A stretch of DNA of 64,000 bases. Origin: Massalongia carnosa (taxonomy: Eukaryota). Shown here one piece after another: positions 22,356 to 31,488 of the stretch. The notes below the pieces were generated by a model, which was given only the letters and a program-made list of their open reading frames with translations, ran no database searches and was not told the origin of the DNA. The number at the start of each line of letters is the position of its first letter. Position 1 is the first letter of the stretch. The position numbers were made by a program, and so were the translations under genes. The DNA is taken from NCBI GenBank assembly GCA_965645245.1, contig OZ287070.1:2790001-2854000 (forward strand), given 5' to 3'.

Positions 22356-23350
22356 CGAGGTGCTTATGGACAGTCCCCCCCCCGACCGTCCCCCCTGTGT
22401 AAATATTTGCTAGTAAACAGCCATTTCACTGCTTATCGCGTACAAGCTAGTAATGCAAGTGCCAACAGCACATTAAACTCTTTTCGGTTTGTTGCGAATG
22501 CTAAGCCAGCTAGATCATATCTGACGTAATATGCGAATGCCCTCGCGTATTTTACTGATACAGTCGACTGCAAAAGGTTGGTCGCGACCCTGAATTTGGG
22601 ACCACACATCAAATATTTACGCGCTAGTTCGTGTCAATCTCGTTATATTGCTACTAAGTATGTTTGGGCTATTGCTCACAGCCCCCGGCCTCGAGAGGGG
22701 GACTCGATAAGGGCCTTGCTGTCTACTAATGTAAGACCCTCTCGCAGGCCTTGGGCTGTGAACAGACTCCCTCTATCTAAGCGACAGAAGAACTGGAGTG
22801 GGTGGGTGGGAAAGAAAACGTTGCAAACAGTGCTATCAAAATGCTATGCTTTTTGATTGTCTTGAGATGTGAGATGATGAGGGATACCGTCTGGGACCTC
22901 CTCTTTATATATCTTCTTCCTATTCTCCTTGTCCTACTCTACCATCCCAGTATGCCCCATCAACGCGGCCCATAGCAAGGCATACACAAATCCGAAACCT
23001 AACTGTCGTCCGAAGGATCGATGCGGTGCTAAGATCTCTATGCCGTGCTGAGACATCCTTATGGTGCTGAGACATCTATGCCGTCCGAGAGATCCATGCG
23101 GTGCCGAAATCAAAGCGGGAGCTGTCTCGATTAACGACGCACTAGCTCTCAGCATAGCCGAACTAGCTAGTTCGTGTCAATCTCGTTATATTGCTACTAA
23201 GTATGTTTGGGCTATTGCTCACAGCCCCCGGCCTCGAGAGGGGGACTCGATAAGGGCCTTGCTGTCTACTAATGTAAGACCCTCTCGCAGGCCTTGGGCT
23301 GTGAACAGACTCCCAATCCCCAACATGGAACGACCCGCTTGCGGTGTTGT

Positions 23351-24400
23351 TCAGGACCTAGTGACTGGATTGTGAGGTTCCGTGGGTAATGTTTGAAGGC
23401 GTTTTGAGGCGTTAAGAAGGTAAGTGGGGTGGGTTTGTATGTAAAGCTTGTATGCGTCTGACTTCCATCTTCCTAGCATCTGAATCTCGTCTTCGGTGAG
23501 TCCTGCCCGTCGCGCTGTTGTTGCCGCACCTCTTCTGAACGAGTGGCCAGAGAAATTTCCTATATAGCCCAAGTTCCTTAAGGTGGATTTCATCGCTGTT
23601 GTAATGTAGTCTCGAGTGAAGGACTGACCGTTTTTAAAGAGTGGTGCGGCCGGAGAACTTGGGAATCGCCTATATAAATTTGTAAGAGAAGCTAGTGCAC
23701 AAGCAACATCGTTGGTAGCCGCAATTGTCAGTGTTATGCCTCGGCGAAAGGGATCGGTTTTGGAGACTGGTAGAGAGAGCTGTAGGTGATCTGCTTCGAA
23801 CCTAATAGATTTTCTGGTGAGGTGCCATTGATCAAAGCTTGGGTCTAGTACATCTTGCGTTGTGTAAGTAAATTCTCCGGCTCGTAAGAAGCCTGCAAAC
23901 GCTAAGCAGTACGCCGCATGTAAATTTGCGCCTTTCTCTTTCGTTTGATCAAGACGACTTAGCAATTTGATTAAGATCTCTCTAGTAATTGGTAACCTTT
24001 CACGTTTCTCGGCTTCACCGTTCTTTCGCTTTATGCCAGTAAGGATGCGATCTAACACCGGGTGATGAAATACGTCGAGATTACCGAGGCCCATATCTAT
24101 CTGGCATGATCTTATGCCCGTCAAGTAGCTCTTAATAGTTTTTGGTTGCAGGCGTCGTTCACCCAACGCTGCGATCCACGAAGACAGCGTCCGGATGTTG
24201 GCTGGAAATGGTGGCGCGTTGAGGTTTACCCTACAGTAAAGAACGTATCCCTTTCTTGCCGTTGTGTATAAAGATCTTGTCTTAGTGGCCAGGCCCCACC
24301 AGAGGTATCGTGCTGCGATTTCGTCTAGAGGTACCTCACTGTACCAAGATGGGGGTGGATCGCGTCCTATATTGCTGAGGGTAGAGCCTGAAACTGAGGG
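23351..24400 (-). CDS. Ngaro-2 ORF3, tyrosine recombinase (frame extends upstream of the listed 24166 start; exact start unknown)
   Basis: GFLRAGE, SKTDPF, GHSFRRGAAT, LGRWKSDAYKLY; upstream in-frame RYLWWGLATKTRSLYTTA. Confidence 0.93.
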   Translation of the reverse strand, partial: PSVSGSTLSNIGRDPPPSWYSEVPLDEIAARYLWWGLATKTRSLYTTARKGYVLYCRVNLNAPPFPANIRTLSSWIAALGERRLQPKTIKSYLTGIRSCQIDMGLGNLDVFHHPVLDRILTGIKRKNGEAEKRERLPITREILIKLLSRLDQTKEKGANLHAAYCLAFAGFLRAGEFTYTTQDVLDPSFDQWHLTRKSIRFEADHLQLSLPVSKTDPFRRGITLTIAATNDVACALASLTNLYRRFPSSPAAPLFKNGQSFTRDYITTAMKSTLRNLGYIGNFSGHSFRRGAATTARRAGLTEDEIQMLGRWKSDAYKLYIQTHPTYLLNASKRLQTLPTEPHNPVTRS

Positions 24401-25938
24401 ATTTTGTCAGCCAGTTTCTTCAAAAGTCCTCTAGACAAGAGATCAGCAATATAATTTTCTTTGGATGATATCCATCGCGCTTCTATCTGGATATCATGTA
24501 ATGCAGCTAGCATTGTAATTGCCCGCAGGGCATGCATTGCTTGGCCTCGTATAGAGGTTTTATTCACTCCTTTCGTGACAGCGTAGCTATCACAATAGAG
24601 GATTAAATGACTACCCTTGCATATAGGTAGCCACTTTTTCATAGCTTGAAGAATTGCTGTCATTTCTTTGACGTTGATATGCTTTGCCCTAAGGCGCGTA
24701 GTAAAGCGTGTGCTAAAAGCCTGCCGGGCTGCTTGTATATTATGCAAATTTTGATCCTCGCTGAGGATAAAGCCGCCCATACCATATGAGCCGGACGCAT
24801 CTGTCCATATTCTCATAGTATGTCTAGTACGGTTGAGCAGATGTATGCCATTCCATTTAGGTAGGAAATGATGCCACCATAGAAGATCAGCCCTCATGTC
24901 CTTGTTAAGATGGATTAGTTTAGAGGTTACGCTTGCCGTAGCATTGAAAAGACGGCGTAGAAAGGCTCTTCCTGGTTTTACCACTCTGGCTGCAAAGCAT
25001 AAGAATCCTAGAAGAGAGTCGAGTTCCTTCCTGGGTATGGCTTTTTTATTCAAAGCTGCCGATACTAGGGTCTTTGCTTTTAGTAACTTTTCGGAAGGCA
25101 AGCGTGCTTCCATGAGCGCGGTATCGATTTCAATGCCGAGGAAATCGCAAGTCGTTCCAGTTCTGTTCTTTTCGAGCTTGATTTTCATGCCAAGATCTTT
25201 ACAAATGTTGTGGAAAACTTGATCAAACTTTTCAGCATCTGGTCCGGTGCTGACTATTATTAAAAAATCATCCAAGTAATGAATAGCGTCTTTCCAACCA
25301 CAGTTGTACAATATCCAGTTGATACCCTTCGCGAACAGATCAAAAAGGAACGGCGACGTTCTCAGCCCAAAGGGTAAGTATTTATCCATCCAAAAGGAAT
25401 CCTGCCACTTGAAACCTAGTAACCACCAATCGCTTTTTGCTACTGGTATGTGGCGAAAAGCGTCCGCAAAGTCTCTTTTAATAAGAATACACCCTGGCCC
25501 GCGTTGCTCAATCAACCTAATGGCTTCGTCGAAGCTGGTATATTCCAGGGAGCCCCAGTCTTCCGGTATGTGGTCGTTGACTGAGCTACTCTCCGGATAC
25601 GATAGATGATGGATTCGCCGCCAACCACCGTTAGCCTTTGGTACAAGGCCTAATGGGGAACATATAAAGCAAGAAGGAATGTTGTTGACTTTCTCCAACC
25701 GATTACTAGCTATTTGTTCTTCGAGGTCATTGGTAAGAACTTCCGGTGCCTCATTTGCAGAGGCAAGATTATCGCTAATAATGAGTTGATGTGGTCCTGT
25801 ATAACCAACTTTGGCACCGTAGGTGATGATATCGATAATTGTTTGTGTGTAAGTGCGATCCGGGTGATTGGCCAAATGTTTCTCCCAGCCTTCTTTCTTC
25901 AATGGGCCCGGTGGGATCTTTGTTAGATTGTCCGTCAA
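24367..25938 (-). CDS. Ngaro-2 ORF2, reverse transcriptase + RNase H
   Basis: SPLGLVPKANGGWRRIHHLS, KRDFADAFRH, LPFGLRTSP, HYLDDF, WTDASG, YCDS, ENYIADLLSR. Confidence 0.95.
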   Translation of the reverse strand: MTDNLTKIPPGPLKKEGWEKHLANHPDRTYTQTIIDIITYGAKVGYTGPHQLIISDNLASANEAPEVLTNDLEEQIASNRLEKVNNIPSCFICSPLGLVPKANGGWRRIHHLSYPESSSVNDHIPEDWGSLEYTSFDEAIRLIEQRGPGCILIKRDFADAFRHIPVAKSDWWLLGFKWQDSFWMDKYLPFGLRTSPFLFDLFAKGINWILYNCGWKDAIHYLDDFLIIVSTGPDAEKFDQVFHNICKDLGMKIKLEKNRTGTTCDFLGIEIDTALMEARLPSEKLLKAKTLVSAALNKKAIPRKELDSLLGFLCFAARVVKPGRAFLRRLFNATASVTSKLIHLNKDMRADLLWWHHFLPKWNGIHLLNRTRHTMRIWTDASGSYGMGGFILSEDQNLHNIQAARQAFSTRFTTRLRAKHINVKEMTAILQAMKKWLPICKGSHLILYCDSYAVTKGVNKTSIRGQAMHALRAITMLAALHDIQIEARWISSKENYIADLLSRGLLKKLADKIPQFQALPSAI

Positions 25939-25983
25939 GGTGTATGGAAAGGACTCCGCGATGGATAAGAATGGGGCGGTTAG

Positions 25984-27138
25984 TCATTGCCTTGATGGGA
26001 GAGGCATCGAATTTGGGTTAGAGGGTTGATTTTTTCCATTTGTACAGTCCATCGCCCGATGTTGCTTTCCACATTTCTCACACACATGTTGGAATCTACA
26101 ATATACGGGACAGTCTTTGCCATAGTTGTATTTCTTACAGATAATCTTTTCGCCTGAGGTTTTGAAAGCCGTAGAATTATCGTCCGGTTTTGCAAAGTAA
26201 GCGGACGGTTTCCGCACAAGATGCCTTTCCAAGGAATGGTCCATTTCTTTCCATCCATCCGGGTTGTCAATCCCGCGAAAGGCTCGAGATTTGTGGAAAT
26301 TCAAATGAAAGATGCGAACCGAGTCCCAGGTGTAGAAGGCGTATAATGATAGAAGATGGTCCTGATAAGCCATGAAGGCTCTCATCAGGTTTATCTGGAG
26401 ACCGGGGTGTGCAAAGTGTAGTAGTATCATCCAATATACCCCGAGACATCGTATCAAATGAACTATCCCTTTGATATCTTTTAAGGAGCCATCTTCTTCT
26501 CTCGTGGCGATTTCCAGACCTTCTCCGAGTTTGACGTATCTAGAGTTGGTTTGAACTCCGTCGATGTCGGTACATAGCTTGGTAATGTTGATTGGGTCAA
26601 ACGTATTCTCGGAGATTTGCTTTATCCATATGGGCTTGATAGTGGGATATTCGTTCATAAGAGAAACAAAACGAGGATCCATACCTTCTGTATACAATGA
26701 GTTTGGTCGATGCGGTGGAAATGATGTCGGAAATAATAGGGAAGGCTGTTGAGCTGAGGCTACTGGCCCAGGGACCACGTCTCGGGCACGTGCTTGTTGG
26801 GTTTCGATATCCCGCCTAAGACTTACTCTTTCTCTTTCCTCGGCTTCCCTGCGGGACATTTCGCGTTGTGCTCTAAGTTCAATAATGTCATCAGGGGTGC
26901 GAGAACGGGTTTCCGGTATAACAGGCCCTTGTGAGGAGGAATTAAACGCTGAAGATGGAAGAGGAGAAGGTTGAGGATGGCTTTGAAGGGTTGCCGTGCT
27001 GTCTTGTGAGTCGGGTACTTCGACGTCTGGGTTGGAGTTGGCTAGATTTGCCCTAGCTCTAGTTCTAGTACGGGCTAGAGTGCTGCCTTGTGTGCGGGAG
27101 GTAGGCTTGGTGATTCTGTTGGAGATGCGGGTGGCCAT
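25984..27138 (-). CDS. Ngaro-2 ORF1, Gag-like with CCCH + CCHC fingers
   Basis: ICKKYNYGKDCPVYCRFQHVCEKCGKQHRAMDC; YTWDSVRIFHLNFH; open frame. Confidence 0.85.
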   Translation of the reverse strand: MATRISNRITKPTSRTQGSTLARTRTRARANLANSNPDVEVPDSQDSTATLQSHPQPSPLPSSAFNSSSQGPVIPETRSRTPDDIIELRAQREMSRREAEERERVSLRRDIETQQARARDVVPGPVASAQQPSLLFPTSFPPHRPNSLYTEGMDPRFVSLMNEYPTIKPIWIKQISENTFDPINITKLCTDIDGVQTNSRYVKLGEGLEIATREEDGSLKDIKGIVHLIRCLGVYWMILLHFAHPGLQINLMRAFMAYQDHLLSLYAFYTWDSVRIFHLNFHKSRAFRGIDNPDGWKEMDHSLERHLVRKPSAYFAKPDDNSTAFKTSGEKIICKKYNYGKDCPVYCRFQHVCEKCGKQHRAMDCTNGKNQPSNPNSMPLPSRQ

Positions 27139-27720
27139 TTTTGGAGGAGAGGGATTTGAATAGAGTAAATTTAAGTGTAGTGGTTGTATAAATTTGAATT
27201 GGGTGAAAAGAAAACGTTGCAAACAGTGCTATCAAAATGCTATGCTTTTTGATTGTCTTGAGATGTGAGATGATGAGGGATACCGTCTGGGACCTCCTCT
27301 TTATATATCTTCTTCCTATTCTCCTTGTCCTACTCTACCATCCCAGTATGCCCCATCAACGCGGCCCATAGCAAGGCATACACAAATCCGAAACCTAACT
27401 GTCGTCCGAAGGATCGATGCGGTGCTAAGATCTCTATGCCGTGCTGAGACATCCTTATGGTGCTGAGACATCTATGCCGTCCGAGAGATCCATGCGGTGC
27501 CGAAATCAAAGCGGGAGCTGTCTCGATTAACGACGCACTAGCTCTCAGCATAGCCGAACTAGAAAATGGCAAAATGCCGGCAAAAATCCGAATAACTACC
27601 CTCACCGCCTACATGCCAATGAAGTCGTACTACTGGTCAGTATTGAAGCGACTTGTAGATTAGTATATGTAGATGCCATTCCCCGTCTTTTTTCCCTCTC
27701 TCCTCTGCCATTTTCCCAAA

Positions 27721-28765
27721 ATGCCCCCCCCTCTCAGTGAGACCCTTCGTGAGACAATCACGCTTCGTTTTGTACGAGGTGACAGCAATAAGACAATTGC
27801 ATCTGTCACTGGTGTTGGCATCAGACAGATTCAACGAATGAGACGTAATTGGACTCATTTTGGAGATGTGGTTCTACCTCAATTGTCAATTGGACATCGC
27901 CCTCGTAAACTCAGTCAATTTCATGAGATTGAACTTCTGAAATATCTGGAGCAACGTCCGCATGCCTATCTGGATGAAATGTGCTGGTTCATTTGGGACG
28001 AATTTCAGATCTCTGCAGATGAGACCACCGTTGGTCGTGCCCTAAAAAGGCTTGGTTGGAATCGAAAGAAGGTGATCAAACAAGCAGCTCAAAGAAATCA
28101 AGGCCTTCGAGATGGATGGATGCAGAGACTCGGAGAATGGACTGCAGAGCAATTGATCTTTTTGGACGAAAGTGCAGCTTGCGAAAGAACCGGTTATTTC
28201 CTATCTCATCTTTCATCCCATCTTCGTCATTTTTCTGACTTTCTGACTAGGTGACCGACGATACGGATGGGCTCAGGCAGGCGTCCCTCCAATCATGATT
28301 CAGGATTTGAAAAGGTCAAAGAGATGGAGCATTCTTCCTGCATTTACCGTCGATGGATATATAGCTTGGGAGGTGCATCAGGGCTCCATAACTGCCGAAA
28401 TTTTCAACGACTTCGTTCGAAATCAGGTTCTTCCTCAGACGACTGCCAATGGAGGTCCTAGATCTGTTTTAGTACTAGATAATGCCAGCATTCATTGGAA
28501 TCAGGAGCTTATTCAGATGTGCGAGACAGCCAACGTCACCTTGGCACGACTACCTCCTTATTCTCCAGATTTCAATCCAATTGAAACGTTGTTTGCATTG
28601 CTAAAGGCATGGATTCGACGGAATGGAGAAATGAGTCTTTCGTACACGGAGGGGTATGGGGGATTCGGACAATTTCTTCGGGATGCAGTCAAAGATCTGA
28701 GAATGGGAGACCCGGGAAATTTATTTAGATTGGCTGGCATTCAGTATCCCACCATTTCAATCTGA
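27721..28765 (+). CDS. Tc1-like DD34E transposase, apparently intact (328 aa, intron 28193-28250)
   Basis: HTH IASVTGVGIRQIQRMRRNW, ADETTVGRALKRLGW; FLDES; spliced ERTG-DRRYGW; VLDNASIH-x-LPPYSPDFNPIE with 34 residues between D and E. Confidence 0.93.
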
Positions 28766-28780
28766 TTAGATACATAGTAT

Positions 28781-30948
28781 CTAATCCTCATCCTCATCTT
28801 TGGCATAATCGTATTCTAGACTATGCGTCTCATCTTCCTCAATTGTATCTCTCACTCCAGATCCTACCTCCCCGCCCCCGTCCACCTCCCCATCCTCCAT
28901 CCCCTTATCCACCCGAGTGACTGCCTGAGTGACCGCCTGAGTGGCCATTTGCGATGTCGGTAAATGGCGTTGACGCCGAGGGGGAGGCGGGGGCATTTGC
29001 TGAGATATCTGTCGAGACATTTGTCGAGACATTTGCAAAGGCATTTGCAAAGGCATTTGCCGAGACATTTCTCTTCCAAATTTACTGACGTCTCGCGCCA
29101 GTTGAATCCCGATTCCCGGAGGAATTCCTAGTTCCTGCCAGAACGTCTGATGCTCGATGCCTTTCAAGGATTGAACGGTCATCAGATCGTACCCACCTTC
29201 CATCAATCGATCGCAGGCGTTGGTGAGCACTCCTTTCAAATGAGGCTTCATTTGAACGAGCCAACTGACATAGTCTTCCAGATCTTCTTCCACTGGACTG
29301 CTGCGGGCGACGGAGGGGAGAGGGAGAAATCGACTCACGCTTCGACTGCTTCTGGATGATCTCGAATCTCTCCAATCCAACGGCGTTTCCTCACGGGCTC
29401 GTCTCGAGTCAGGTAATGTAGAAGGAGCATACTGAGAAGGATAAAATGCCGAGGGGGGAAATGCCGAGTGAGGAAATGCCGAGGGGAATGCCGAGGGAAA
29501 TGTCGAGGGGAATGCCAATGACGAGGGGGGAAATGTCGAGTGGGGGTTTTGGTACGAGTGGTGTTGATACATGGGATGTTGATAAATGGAATGCCCACCT
29601 CCAAAGGGCATTTCCTGAGACGAGGTTTCAGTCTTTTTCTTACCTTTATTCAGGGAGAATAAATTCTCTCTGATCTTCGGTGGAGGTGTTCGAGAATCAA
29701 CGCCTGAAATTCCATCATCTAGTGCTTTATTCCAGGTCACGAAATGAGCACTGTTGAGAGGATAATGCTGATTCTTCGTCTCATCATTCCAACAGTACTG
29801 TCCGAAATTCCTACATGCGCGTTTTTCACAGAGATGCAGACTTTGCAATTCGGACATTCTTTCGGCCGTCATGCCTTGCAACATGGCTCGTTCCTCCATC
29901 TCTTTTTGCAGCTTCATGGTCGCGGTTCCCAATTTCTTGGTGGCGACAGCTGTGGCAGCAGCAATAGGATCATCGGGAGGAATGACGCCATCTTTGGTAC
30001 GACTGAAGTTGAAAATAAGATCAACCGCGAAGCTTTTCTTTCGAATGCTGCTGTCTTCTAAATGAATTAGAACCTCCTCAATGGGCTGCCAGGATTCGAT
30101 CAACATGAGAGCTGATTTTTCATGCGGTTTGATTCCATTCCATAACACGGTCGCTTTGATATCAACCAAATGACAAGCATACATTTTGGAATTCGCATAC
30201 GTCTCGGCTTTCAAACTCATGTCCCCGGTGTAGCTTCTCAAAAAGAATCTTTTCGACGTAGTTGAATTGACTTCGTATGGAATCACCGTCTCGAAAACGA
30301 CGTGCTTCTCATACGACATCTTCACATTTAGTAGATATTTGATTACCATCGGAGGCAGTGGCGAAGGGGATAAACGGGAGGGTTCCTTTCTTCTTGGTTT
30401 TCTAGACTTCTTACTGACAATCGAGTTACTAGGCACATTGAGATCTTCGACATCATCTTCGGCATCATCTTCGGAATCATCTTCGGCATCATCTTCGGCA
30501 TCATCTTCGGCATCTACAGCTTTCATCGCGTTCTCCTTTCTCCACTGACCCTGCCACCTCTGCTTCTCGTCTTCATCCGTCCAGTCGTCGGAGGAATCCT
30601 CCGTAATGACAAGGGGACTATAATAATTCGATTCGAAAGTCTTTGACTGCTGAGGCTGGACCTTTGACTTGGGAGGGGCCTTTGGCTTGGGAGGGACCTT
30701 TAGCTTGGGAGGGGCCTTTGGCTTGAGGGGGGCCTTTGGCTTGAAGGGGGGCTTTGACTTGAGGGGAGGCTTTGGCTTGGGAGGGGCCGACGTCGATTCC
30801 GGCGAGGCTTCATCGATGCCGGCGGCGACAATGGCTCTGCTCTCGGCCCTCCCAAAGTCAGTTTGATCCTCTTACCTTTGAAAGGCTCTTTTCCAGCCGG
30901 GGGGGGGCCGGAATTTGATCTTTTTGCTCTCGGTTCACGAAGTTTCAT
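28781..30948 (-). CDS. Accessory ORF2 of the Tc1-like element, unknown function (~720 aa; one frameshift or unrecognised intron near 30845-30875)
   Basis: 581-aa ORF 28781..30526 is open upstream to ~30870 (KPKAPP repeats); probable ATG 30948 (MKLREPRAKR) just inside the right TIR; Cys/His motif HLCEKRACRNFGQYCW...HYPL...W; C-terminal helical FWQELGIPPGIGIQL. Confidence 0.78.
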
Positions 30949-31488
30949 ATCTGAGATAAAAAATGGGGAATGGCAGAGGGGGGAGGGAAAAAAGACGGGG
31001 AATGGCATCTACATATACTAATCTACAAATCGCTTCAATACTGACCAGTAGTATGACTTCATTGGCACGTAGGCGGTGAGGGTAGTTTTCAGATTTTTGC
31101 TTGATGTGTGGTCCCAAATTCAGGGTCGCGACCAACCTTTTGCAGTCGATTGTATGGGAATGGTTACATCTGAGAATTTCTGGTATCTTCGATGCTTAGA
31201 AATTCAGGTCTATAGACGTTCGAGGAGAATCTCGAATATTCTGTGATCATGTGTATATAACATCACTCCTACGCATAGCTTAGAGATCAGTCGCAATAAT
31301 CTGAATTATTTCATTCATAGAAGTTCTGTACTATCCAGAGACTTCTGGCACTCTGCCACCTATTTTCTGTGCATTGGGTCCATCATTCTCCATCCATCCC
31401 TCCTATTTTAAACAGGTTATGAGCCCGGTTAGCCTATAGTGCTGCCGAGTGATTTTCTTGTGTCGGTTTCGAGGTTATACATAACGAG

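Larger units (their letters stand above)
22624..27562 (-). mobile_element. Ngaro-2: complete tyrosine-recombinase retrotransposon with split direct repeats A1-ORFs-B1-A2-B2
   Basis: A1 27207-27562 = A2 22811-23166; B1 23167-23314 = B2 22624-22771; CTAG at both junctions; three ORFs. Confidence 0.96.
22561..31152 (+). mobile_element. Two-gene Tc1/IS630-like (DD34E) transposon with long (~190 bp) TIRs; ~3.65 kb without the nested Ngaro-2
   Basis: TIR CARTCGACTGCAAAAGGTTGGTCGCGACCCTGAATTTGGGACCACACATCAA at both ends, continuing as 27578-27716 vs 30962-31100; TA TSD at 22559-22560 and 31153-31154 inside the Copia-1 LTR. Confidence 0.94.

Noticed and set aside
22578..23375. Duplicated small ORFs (22578..22856, 22934..23155, 23061..23375, 27330..27605)
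   Set aside because: By-products of the Ngaro-2 A/B repeats and the Tc1 TIR
17483..24400. Tyrosine recombinases as Starship captain, Crypton or prophage integrase
   Set aside because: Both are short, intronless and overlap RT/RNase H ORFs in DIRS/Ngaro order; Ngaro-2 has split direct repeats
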